A stretch of DNA of 64,000 nucleotides from Candidatus Hydrogenedentota bacterium (GTDB taxonomy: Bacteria; Hydrogenedentota; Hydrogenedentia; Hydrogenedentales; SLHB01): positions 111,250-175,249 of the forward strand of contig DAOLNV010000002.1 in NCBI GenBank assembly GCA_035416745.1, in the 5' to 3' direction. How positions within the stretch are numbered: position 1 is the first letter of the stretch; each line of letters starts with the position of its first letter. Made by a program: the position numbers and the translations under genes. Under the pieces are notes generated by a model. The model searched no databases, was not told the DNA's origin, and worked only from the letters and a program-made list of their open reading frames with translations. Below, piece by piece: positions 51,287-60,197 of this stretch.

Positions 51287-52144
51287 ATGCGCAATACGCT
51301 GCAACTCATGTGGACAATGCCCATGGCGCTTGTGGTTAGTGCCGCCGCAATAGCCAGCGAAGCCGGTGGAGAGGCCAGCGGGACCGTGCAGGCCCAAGTC
51401 ATCCTGACCGTTTCCGAAGGCAAACGGCTCATCGCCAAGGCCGTGGCACAGATGCCCGAGGTGAAGAAGGCGTTGCAGGACGGTATCGTCATTATCGGGA
51501 GGGGCACGACAAACACCTATGTGGCCGAGGAACTCACCGGCCAGAAGATTGCCCATGGTGCGTACGTCATCGGCTGGACCGGTCCGGCCCAAGGAACCAA
51601 AACCATGGATTCAGCAGAACGGATAGACGATATCGTGCTGGTGAAAGGCAAGGTGCAGCCGGGCTTGAGCATGGATGACGCTCTCAAGGAACTTAAAGCG
51701 GGCGATGTTGTGATCAAGGGAGCGAACGCGTTGAACCGTCAACGCAAGACGGCTGGAGTACTCATTGGCGGGGGGCCCAACAGCTCGTCCGGCACCACCG
51801 GCAAGTTCATGTCTGTCGTTGTGGGCCGGAAGGCGCACCTTATTATCCCCGTTGGTTTGGAGAAGCAAGTAGACGGCGACGTGGTCGATATTGCCAACAA
51901 GATGCGCGAACCGCTCGAAAGCCTGAACGACATTCCGTCGATGTTCCTGTTGAACGGCCAGATCCTGACTGAGATCGAAGCCCTGGAACTCCTGGCTGGC
52001 GTATCGGTCTTCCAGGCGGCCGCGGGCGGAGTCGGCGGCGCCGAGGGCGGGACTAGACTCATTTGCCGCGGAACGCGCGAGCAGGTGCAGCAGGCGCTTG
52101 CCATCGTCGAGTCTATCCAAGGCGAACCTATGTTCCTGGAATAA
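51287..52144 (+). CDS. Hypothetical protein with an N-terminal signal/anchor and Gly-rich nucleotide-binding-like loops.
   Basis: It has MRNTLQLMWTMPMALVVSAAAIASEA, then GIVIIGRGTTNTY and GVLIGGGPNSSSGTTGKF. Composition is protein-like. No family assigned. Confidence 0.55.
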   Translation: MRNTLQLMWTMPMALVVSAAAIASEAGGEASGTVQAQVILTVSEGKRLIAKAVAQMPEVKKALQDGIVIIGRGTTNTYVAEELTGQKIAHGAYVIGWTGPAQGTKTMDSAERIDDIVLVKGKVQPGLSMDDALKELKAGDVVIKGANALNRQRKTAGVLIGGGPNSSSGTTGKFMSVVVGRKAHLIIPVGLEKQVDGDVVDIANKMREPLESLNDIPSMFLLNGQILTEIEALELLAGVSVFQAAAGGVGGAEGGTRLICRGTREQVQQALAIVESIQGEPMFLE

Positions 52145-52383
52145 TCGCCACAAGAAAAACCGGCCGAGACATACATGTCAATCCGGGACGGTCTGCGCGT
52201 GTTATCCTGAGACCTTTGACGGGCAGCGCGTAACCGGTCCGTGTCCCGCGCCGCCGCCCCCTGCTGCACTATCCCTTCGTGGACTAAGGAACCTTTGGGT
52301 ATCTTCCCCATCATCCGTTGAAACCACCCGCAGAGCCCCTTTTCCGGCATCTAACCTTTCCGCGGCTCCCGGCATCAATTACA

Positions 52384-55122
52384 ATGGAAATAGTGGGAGA
52401 AATGGACATGACAGAACGCGATGCTGATCAGGTGCGGCGGGCGCGGGCGGGGGACCGTGCCGCATACGGGGCATTGGTGGACGCCTACCAGGGCATGGTG
52501 TTCGCCACGGCCCTGAATATCACCGGCAACTACAGCGACGCCGAGGACGTGGTGCAGGACGCGTTCCTGCGCGCGTTCGAACGGTTGGGCACGCTGGTAG
52601 AGCCGATGAAGTTCCCCGCATGGCTTCGCACACTGGCGAGCCGGTCGGCGCTGCAACTTCTCCGGAAGAAACGCCACGTGGCGGCGTTCGACTTGGACGA
52701 ATCGGCCGGCGAACAGACGGCATCCGGGGCCGAATCGCCCGCCGAGGCCTATGCGCGAGCGGAGTTCGCGCGGCTCTTGTGGCAAGAGGTGGGCGAACTC
52801 CCGCCCAAGACGCGGGAAGCGGTCCTTCTCTTCTACATGGAAGGCTATTCGGTCAGCCGCGCCGCAGCGTATTTGGACTGTTCCGAAGGGGCTTTGAAAA
52901 CACGGCTGCACTTTGGACGCGAGAAGCTCCGGCAAGCTTTGCTGGAGAAGGTGGAGGCTGAGTTGCGCGATCACCGGCCCACGGAGAAGACGCGAAACGC
53001 CGTACTGGCGGCCCTGCCGCTATCCGTTGGCGGCTCAACCGCGTTGATGGCGCCGGGCAAGGGTGCGGCCTCCGCAATGCTCACTCTGACCCCTTTCACG
53101 GTGGGGGTCACGGCCTGCATTGTTCTGGTGATGGCTGGTCTGGCGGCATTGGCGCTCTGGCCGAAGATTCCGGCGCCCGATAGTGCGCCTGTGGAACCGC
53201 TGTCTGTCGCGGACAGGGCGGATGACGAGCACTTGGCCGCATCCGAGCCGCCCGAATCGGAGAAACCGTTCGAGGACACGCCGCAGGCGGCGGCCCACGA
53301 GAATGCTCCCGCGGAAGAAGCGCCCGAAGGGGCTTGCAGCATCGCAGGGCGCGTTTTCAACGCGCAAACCGGCGAGGGGTTGCCGGGAGTCGAGTTGAGC
53401 GCGCGAGGCGGCGATACGCGCGTCTCCGCGACGACAGACGCGGCGGGCGCGTTCCGGTTCGAAAGATTGCCCGCCCAGCGGTATCGGGTGTTCTGCGGGA
53501 AGGCCAAAGGCTACTACGAACTCGAGCACGGCGAACTCCAGGAAGTCGATCTCGGGGAGAACGAGCAATTCGAGGGCCTGGACTTTGCGCTGCAGCCCGG
53601 CGTATTCGCCTCCGTGTCGGGACACGTGCTACTACCGGGCGGTTCACCGGCTTCGGGGGCCAAAGTCGTGGCATTCACGGATTTTTCGGCTCCCGGACGG
53701 CCGCAATCGGTCGAGTGTACGGCCAAAGAGGACGGCACCTTCCTTGCCGAGGAACTGCAAGTGGGGGCGGTATTGCATGCCAAGGCCAGCGCGGAGGGCT
53801 TTCGCAGCAGACGGCAGGGTCCGTTTCATCTGCCCGAGGACGGAATCGAGGACGTCACGATTTGCCTGTATCCTGCCGGGAGCATCTCGGGAGTGGTTGT
53901 GGACAAATCGGGGCGGCCCATTTCCGATACGGACATCGGGGTAAAGGCGCAGTGGTGGGAGAAATACGAGGGATCGACCGCCATCCAGGAAGCACAGGCT
54001 AAGACAAACGCGGACGGCACGTTTGTGTTTGAGGAACTTGAAGCGGGCGGCTACCTGTTATGGGCCACGTCAGAATCGGAAATGTCAATGTCGTATGACG
54101 GGCTTTGGCTGGAACCCGCCCCGGAGGACCTGGTGCAGGTGGACGAAGGCCAGCACGTGACCGGCGTTACCGTGGTGTTCGACTACGCCAAATACAAGCA
54201 GAGCCGCGAAGCCGAAGCGCGGACTGCGCCGCCCGAACCCTCGGTGGACGTTACGCCGTCCGATAGACCGGTCTGGGGGCGCATCGAAGGCCAGGTCGTG
54301 CGGGCCGGCTCCGGCGAGCCGGTGACGTCGTTTCGGCTCTCCGCGCGCGGAGACGGACGATATGCCGAGGCGGTCAATGATCCGGAGGGGCGGTTTGAGG
54401 TCGAGGGCGGAGAAGAGGCGCGGACCACCTTGCACGTGAGCGCAGCAGGCTTCGCTTCCGCTCAGACGCTGGTCGAGAGGCCCGAGGGTTCGGCGGCCGC
54501 CGTCCAGGTGACCATACGCATGGAAGCCGCCTGCATTGTTGACGGAAAAGTCGTCGATTGGAACGGGAACCCGGTTGCAGGGGCCGTCATCTACCTCGAC
54601 GGGCTCGGAAACCGGGAAGCCATCGACAATCGGGAAGACGCCCGCGTGAAAACCGGCGGCACGTTTCGCCTGGATGCCTTGGCGCCGGGCCTGCATCGCT
54701 TGTATGCGCTGCATCCGGACTTCGCGTTCGCCTGGGCGGATGTCGAGGCCAGAGCAGGCAGGCCCGCAAAGGTGACGATCCCTCTCGCCCGCGGCGGCAA
54801 CATCGAAGGAGCGGTGACGCGCGAAGGAGAACCTGCCGCCGAGATATGGGTGCGGGCGCTGCCCGATACGCTCCTGGATTGGCCCAATCTGCAAGATGTG
54901 GCTAACGAACTCATGGCTAAGCAGGTTTCCCGTCTATACGCACGAACCGACGCCTCCGGCGCTTATGCCCTCACAAACATCCCGCCGGGACGTTACCTGG
55001 TAGCCGCCGACAGCGAGTTCGGCGCCATACAGGAGAAAGCGAACCGGGCGGGGGCGGAGGGTTTGGTGGAGGCAACCGTTGAACCAGATATGGTTACGCA
55101 AGTTGACATCGCGCTAAATTGA
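52384..55122 (+). CDS. ECF (sigma-70 family) sigma factor fused in one polypeptide to a transmembrane segment and a large extracytoplasmic domain of about 6 CarboxypepD_reg-like repeats.
   Basis: Sigma70 region 2 is AEDVVQDAFLRAFERL...FPAWLRTLASRSALQLLRK. Region 4 is LPPKTREAVLLFYMEGYSVSRAAAYLDCSEGALKTRLHFGREKLRQAL. The TM helix is FTVGVTACIVLVMAGLAALALW. Repeats of the type GRVFNAQTGEGLPGVELS...TDAAGAFRFERLP follow. Confidence 0.75.
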   Translation: MEIVGEMDMTERDADQVRRARAGDRAAYGALVDAYQGMVFATALNITGNYSDAEDVVQDAFLRAFERLGTLVEPMKFPAWLRTLASRSALQLLRKKRHVAAFDLDESAGEQTASGAESPAEAYARAEFARLLWQEVGELPPKTREAVLLFYMEGYSVSRAAAYLDCSEGALKTRLHFGREKLRQALLEKVEAELRDHRPTEKTRNAVLAALPLSVGGSTALMAPGKGAASAMLTLTPFTVGVTACIVLVMAGLAALALWPKIPAPDSAPVEPLSVADRADDEHLAASEPPESEKPFEDTPQAAAHENAPAEEAPEGACSIAGRVFNAQTGEGLPGVELSARGGDTRVSATTDAAGAFRFERLPAQRYRVFCGKAKGYYELEHGELQEVDLGENEQFEGLDFALQPGVFASVSGHVLLPGGSPASGAKVVAFTDFSAPGRPQSVECTAKEDGTFLAEELQVGAVLHAKASAEGFRSRRQGPFHLPEDGIEDVTICLYPAGSISGVVVDKSGRPISDTDIGVKAQWWEKYEGSTAIQEAQAKTNADGTFVFEELEAGGYLLWATSESEMSMSYDGLWLEPAPEDLVQVDEGQHVTGVTVVFDYAKYKQSREAEARTAPPEPSVDVTPSDRPVWGRIEGQVVRAGSGEPVTSFRLSARGDGRYAEAVNDPEGRFEVEGGEEARTTLHVSAAGFASAQTLVERPEGSAAAVQVTIRMEAACIVDGKVVDWNGNPVAGAVIYLDGLGNREAIDNREDARVKTGGTFRLDALAPGLHRLYALHPDFAFAWADVEARAGRPAKVTIPLARGGNIEGAVTREGEPAAEIWVRALPDTLLDWPNLQDVANELMAKQVSRLYARTDASGAYALTNIPPGRYLVAADSEFGAIQEKANRAGAEGLVEATVEPDMVTQVDIALN

Positions 55123-55488
55123 ATTTATTGATTGCAACAGGCCTTGCCATTATGTTTGAATCAATAGTTTGTCAACTCTGAATAACTCTTAATGGAATTG
55201 CCGTTTCCTGCGGTACGCATGAAGCCTTACGCTGCTCGGCAGAGCAAGTTCACCCCAAAAGAATATAAACAAAAACCATAATATCAATTAGACCCTGCAT
55301 CGTCACAAGTCTTGTATTTCTAAGGCTTTCCGCACATTCTCTTAGAAATGGCAGACAAAATTTCTTGTGGCCGTCCTGAAATGGCGGAGTTGGCAAGACA
55401 CTTGCGTTCCCAAATGCAAATGTTCTTGTCGTGACCGAAACGGCGGGGGTTAGATTCCACCCACCCTGATTAGGAGGCATTAAGGGCC

Positions 55489-56310
55489 ATGAGAAACCGG
55501 GCAAACTTTGGACAAGGAACAATAGTAGTGCTTCTGGCGCTGTGCGCGCACGCGGCAAGCGGCACGATGATCGATCTCACCACGGCGGGGGCCAGCGGCG
55601 TGATCAACGACGCGATTTTCCAGCAGATAGACCCTCGGGCAACGGGCACGGGAGTGATCGATTCCTTCGCTCAGATTGGCGCAGCCAACCAGGTGGAAGT
55701 GCAGGCTTACAATACTACCGTTAACAATGTTCTCAACAACGGTGCTCCCGACAACTTCAATCACTCTATTACTTTGGGGATCGTGCCCATTGTGAGCATC
55801 GAAACTGTCGATTATTACCAATTCTTGCTGGACATCAACGAGAACAACAATGCGGCACTGGACCAGTACCTGTCGCTCGACGAGGTTCAGATTTTCGTCG
55901 GCGACACGCCCAATCCCAGTTCCACGTCGTTTGACGCTGACGGCATCTTGCAGGGTGTCGGCACGTTAGTCTATGACATGGAGAGCAACCTCAGGAATTG
56001 GGTGGCCCTGGATTATTCACTGAACACGGGCAGCGGCTCCGGCGACATGTTCCTGTACGTGCCCGTTTCCAATTTTGGCGGCGCTGGCGATGACGCCATC
56101 GTTACACTGTATTCATATTTCGGGCGCCAGGGGCTGAATCCCGCGGAATATGGCGAAGGCAACTTCGGCAATTTCTACAACAGCGACGGGTTTGAGGAAT
56201 GGGCCGTGCTTGTACAGGAAGACCCCATTGCTCCCGAGCCGGCTACGCTGTCATTGATCGGCCTTGGCATAGCGGGTCTCGTCGTGCGGCGTTTCACGCG
56301 CACGAGCTGA
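55489..56310 (+). CDS. PEP-CTERM sorting-domain protein (putative exosortase substrate).
   Basis: It has an N-terminal signal peptide and a C-terminal PEPATLSLIGLGIAGLVVRRFTRTS (PEP + TM + basic tail). The AGGAGG RBS is strong. The gene and its 366-bp upstream region have distinctly lower GC than the flanks. Confidence 0.8.
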   Translation: MRNRANFGQGTIVVLLALCAHAASGTMIDLTTAGASGVINDAIFQQIDPRATGTGVIDSFAQIGAANQVEVQAYNTTVNNVLNNGAPDNFNHSITLGIVPIVSIETVDYYQFLLDINENNNAALDQYLSLDEVQIFVGDTPNPSSTSFDADGILQGVGTLVYDMESNLRNWVALDYSLNTGSGSGDMFLYVPVSNFGGAGDDAIVTLYSYFGRQGLNPAEYGEGNFGNFYNSDGFEEWAVLVQEDPIAPEPATLSLIGLGIAGLVVRRFTRTS

Positions 56311-56411
56311 CGCGATAGACGCTGACAGACCCCCCCCGGGGACGTGAAACTCCTCCTGACGAGTGACGTTCACGTCCCCGAACCTTTTCCCGCCGCCCTA
56401 TTGCCTCATTG

Positions 56412-57752
56412 TCAGCCGAGCTTCCAGTCGCCGCGGTATTTGCGTGTCAGGAGGCCGTTGAGAGACGGTTCCTTGGAGAAGGTTTCGGTCTTGGGGTCCC
56501 AATGAAGTGTTGCGCCGAGTTCGCAGGCGATTTTCCCGAGATGGCCTATGGACGCCGAGCGATGGCCGGCATTGACCGGCGCGGCAGGATCCTGGCGCGA
56601 CTTCACACAGTTCAGGAAATCGCGCATGTGGTTTCCTTCCGAGCGGAACCGGAAATCGCTGTCTTTAACCGTGAGCTTCAGCAGTTCCTCGTTGCTGGCC
56701 CTGAATTCGCCGCGGTCCACGTAGATCCATTCACCGTCTCGTGCGATGAATTGCGTGCCGAGCCTGTCGCCCGCGGCTTGCTTGAATTCGGGAGGCATGT
56801 CGCTCGTGTTGGCGACGGTCATAGTGACCCCGCCCTTGTATTCGCACTCAAAAAGGTATCGCGCCGGGGCGTCGTAAAGGTTGTTGCGCTCGTTGAGCAT
56901 TTCCCAGCGCACCCCCTTGACCTCGAGCGGGCCGGTGTTGTCCCAGTCCATTGCCATATGGGCGATGTCGCCGTGATGGCCGATCCAGTCCATCATCTGA
57001 CCGCCGCCGAAGGCCATCCACCAGCGCCAATCCCAGTCGGACCGTTTCGGATGAAATGGGGTCCAGGTGGCGGGGCCCACGTAGAATTCCCAATCGAGGT
57101 AATCCGGCGCCTTGGGGAATTCGTCGACCCACATGCATTTGTCATAGTCGGGCAGGCTCACGTTGATGTGCTTGATCTTGCCAAGGTAACCGTTGCGGAC
57201 CAGCTCGCAGGCCCGCTTGAACCGTGGGTCCGAGCGCTGCATGCTTCCGACCTGGAACACGCGTTTGTTCTCGCGCACAGCCTTCACCACGGCTTGTCCT
57301 TCGCCCAGCGACCACGTCATGGGTTTTTCGCAGTAGATGTCCTTGGCGTGTTTTGCAGCGTCGATCGATGTCAGGGCGTGCCAGTGGTCGGGCGTACCGA
57401 TGATGACCGCGTCGATGTCGTCGCGCGCGTTCAGTTCGCGGAAGTCCCGGTAGGTCTGGCAGTCCTGGTTGCCGTAGAACTCGTCGACCTGTTTCTTCGC
57501 CTCCGCGACCGTGTTCGCGTTGACGTCGCACAGGGCCACGATCTGGGTGTCCGGCTGTTTGATGGCATTACCGGTGAGGCCGCGTGCCTGTCCGCCCGTG
57601 CCGATGACGCCGATGACAATGCGCTCGCTGGGGGCCGCGCTCCCCTCCTTGCCCAGGGCCGATGCCGGGATAATGTACGGCGCCGCGATAGCCGCGCCGG
57701 TTACCGCGACAAACGCCCGCCGCGATACCGTTGTTTTCTTGTTCTGCTGCAT
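56412..57752 (-). CDS. Gfo/Idh/MocA-family NAD(P)-dependent oxidoreductase with a TAT signal (candidate glycoside 3-dehydrogenase type).
   Basis: It has RRAFVAVTGAAIAAP (TAT). The Rossmann motif is IGVIGTGGQARG. Family motifs include EKPM and IGTPDHWHA. The GGAGGA RBS precedes the ATG at 57752. The overlapping plus-strand 521-aa ORF is shadow. Confidence 0.85.
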   Translation of the reverse strand: MQQNKKTTVSRRAFVAVTGAAIAAPYIIPASALGKEGSAAPSERIVIGVIGTGGQARGLTGNAIKQPDTQIVALCDVNANTVAEAKKQVDEFYGNQDCQTYRDFRELNARDDIDAVIIGTPDHWHALTSIDAAKHAKDIYCEKPMTWSLGEGQAVVKAVRENKRVFQVGSMQRSDPRFKRACELVRNGYLGKIKHINVSLPDYDKCMWVDEFPKAPDYLDWEFYVGPATWTPFHPKRSDWDWRWWMAFGGGQMMDWIGHHGDIAHMAMDWDNTGPLEVKGVRWEMLNERNNLYDAPARYLFECEYKGGVTMTVANTSDMPPEFKQAAGDRLGTQFIARDGEWIYVDRGEFRASNEELLKLTVKDSDFRFRSEGNHMRDFLNCVKSRQDPAAPVNAGHRSASIGHLGKIACELGATLHWDPKTETFSKEPSLNGLLTRKYRGDWKLG

Positions 57753-58083
57753 AAGAAGTATCCTCCGTTTCGGCCCTGTATGTCCGCCGGGCAACGATAC
57801 CCCCCGGCCGCAATAGTGGAACTCGTCTCAAGGAAAAACCTCAACCATCGTAGAGGCACGTTACCGCGGATTCAAGGCAGAATATGTGAAAACCCCAGCC
57901 CCGCTGTGATGCAGGCATCCACCCCGAATTCTGCGACAGGATTTCCAGGATTGACAGGAATCCGTTCCGCCTGAAACACGTATGCGCGAGTTCAGAGAAG
58001 AAGGGTCCAATTGGGAGATCTCGGCCGTAGGAATGGCGCGATCGGCGACCACGCCACAGCGAGGTTTTTCGGCCTCCTAGGCG

Positions 58084-58308
58084 TCACGCCTGCGTATGCG
58101 CCTGGTTGGGCGCCGCGCCGCCCCCCGCCCTCTCTCCCGCGCTGAACGCTTCCTGCGCCGCATCCACGATCATCACGGACATGACGCTGAACGCCACTAT
58201 GAGGGTCGGAACGCCGTCGAAAAGCCACTCGAGAATCCAGAGAACGATGAAGTATAAGAGAGGGCCTAGGACGCAGTTCCTGATCGCGATGAGTACGCCT
58301 TTGTTCAT
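58084..58308 (-). CDS. Small membrane protein with two TMs, about 74 aa.
   Basis: MNKGVLIAIRNCVLGPLLYFIVLWILEWLFDGVPTLIVAFSVMSVMIV has two hydrophobic helices. The RBS is GAGGGGG. The C-terminal Gly/Ala-rich tail lowers my confidence. Confidence 0.4.
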   Translation of the reverse strand: MNKGVLIAIRNCVLGPLLYFIVLWILEWLFDGVPTLIVAFSVMSVMIVDAAQEAFSAGERAGGGAAPNQAHTQA

Positions 58309-58961
58309 GGCAAAACCCCCTCGTTCGCCTCTAACGGGCAAAACCCACCGAACTCACAAGCTGTGGCACGGTATCCTGGCCGCGCCACCTTTGCGACCGT
58401 CAGGTCTCCATCTTGTCGGGCGCCTTTGGCGGCACCGACATTGACAGTGCGGAGCGCCTTTCGCATTCAGAGACTTCCCTGCGAGCTTACCACTTCTCCC
58501 CGTGCATTGCGCAAAAAGGAGGAAAAGGGGCATGCAAAGATGCAGGCGAGACGCCTGCGCTACGGTGTGTTTGAGATGACTCCACCGCAACCGGGAGGGA
58601 CGTTGGTTTGAACTGAATTCAATCTCCGTCGTCATGATGCCATTTGCACTGTCCATTCTGTGCAAGACCCGGGGGGGCAGTGCGTCCCGACCCGGCTTTC
58701 CAAGGGAAACGAGAGGTTTCCGGTTCACCACACTTTTCCTCAACTCGGCCGATCGGACGGACCGGACAAATCGGGCTTGGCCGGTTTCGCGAGAGCGGTC
58801 TATTACGCGTCCAGCTTGTTCGGATCCGCGGGGATACAACACTGGCTTGCCCCACCCGGCTGGGTCGCTGACGCCGGGCGAGTTCATGGTTGAAAATCGG
58901 CGCGGCGTGCATCATCCTGATGGGCGGGCGTCATGAGTCAGTTCAGCGGAGGAGTTGCGAC

Positions 58962-60122
58962 ATGTTTACACGTAATTGGCGAGTAGCGGTTTGCCTGGCG
59001 GCCGTTCTAGGCGTGTTTCCGGGATGCGCGACACAGGGAAACGGCGAAGAGGGTTCGGGCAGGCTGAGTATTGCGAAGGCGACGTACGGAACGGCGCCGG
59101 AAGGGGGCAACGCGGACCTGTATACGATCACGAACGCTAACGGGATGGTGGCGCAGATCACCAATTACGGCGGCACCGTGACGTCACTCCTGGTGCCTGA
59201 TGCCGCAGGAGCACTGGCCGACGTCACCCTGGGATATCCCAGCCTCGAGGGCTATTTCGAGAACAAACCCTATTTGGGGTGTCTTGTGGGACGTTTTGGC
59301 AATCGTATCGCGAAGGGACGCTTTACCCTTGACGGCAAAGAATATGTGCTGGCCGTGAACAACGAGTCCAACCATCTCCACGGCGGCATCAAGGGCTTCA
59401 ACAAAGTGCTGTGGGACGCGAAGCCTGCTTATCGCGAGGGCGCGGTCGGGCTCAAACTCACGTATGTCAGTGTTGACGGCGAAGAGGGGTATCCGGGCAC
59501 CCTCGAGACGACGGTCCACTACTGGCTGACCAATGCCAACGAACTCGAGATCGTCTACGAGGCCGTGACCGACAAGGCCACGCCGGTCAACTTGACCTAT
59601 CACGGGTATTTCAACCTGGACGGCCAGGGCGAAGGTGATATCCTGGACCACGTGATGATGATCAACGCGAGCCGCTACACGCCGGTGGACGAGACGCTGA
59701 TACCCACCGGCGAACTGGCGCCCGTGGCAAACACGCCGCTCGATTTCACGATGCCGGTGGCCATCGGCGAACGCATCAACGCGGACCACGAACAGATCAA
59801 GCGCGGAAATGGGTACGACCACAATTACGTTTTGAACAGTCAGGACGGCTCGCTCGCCCTGGCCGCGCGGGTGCTCGCGCCCGGGTCCGGCCGCGTTATG
59901 GAAGTCTACACGACCCAGCCCGGCGTGCAGTTCTATTCGGGCAATTTCCTCGATGGAACCATCACGGGGAAAGAGGGAAAGGTCTACAAGCAGCGTTACG
60001 GGTTCTGTCTCGAGACACAGCACTACCCCGACTCGGTCAATCAGCCGGGTTTCCCCTCGTGCATTCTAGAACCCGGCAAGAAGTACTATCAGAAGACCGT
60101 GTATCGTTTCACCACGCGGTAG
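58962..60122 (+). CDS. galM: Aldose 1-epimerase (galactose mutarotase), lipoprotein.
   Basis: It has a lipobox (FPGC). Mutarotase motifs are present: FGNRIAKGRFTLDGKEYVL, NHLHGG, YHGYFNL, FCLETQHYPDSVNQP. The RBS is GCGGAGGAG. Confidence 0.85.
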   Translation: MFTRNWRVAVCLAAVLGVFPGCATQGNGEEGSGRLSIAKATYGTAPEGGNADLYTITNANGMVAQITNYGGTVTSLLVPDAAGALADVTLGYPSLEGYFENKPYLGCLVGRFGNRIAKGRFTLDGKEYVLAVNNESNHLHGGIKGFNKVLWDAKPAYREGAVGLKLTYVSVDGEEGYPGTLETTVHYWLTNANELEIVYEAVTDKATPVNLTYHGYFNLDGQGEGDILDHVMMINASRYTPVDETLIPTGELAPVANTPLDFTMPVAIGERINADHEQIKRGNGYDHNYVLNSQDGSLALAARVLAPGSGRVMEVYTTQPGVQFYSGNFLDGTITGKEGKVYKQRYGFCLETQHYPDSVNQPGFPSCILEPGKKYYQKTVYRFTTR

Positions 60123-60197
60123 TTCGGCGCGGCGGCGCGTCCGTGCGTGCTGGTCCCCGCCGGCGTTACCTGAATCGCGCGATGGTTTCGAGTCTGG

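Noticed and set aside
56409-57974. 521-aa plus-strand ORF
   Set aside because: It is antisense to the Gfo/Idh/MocA gene, which has clear Rossmann and family motifs and a TAT signal.
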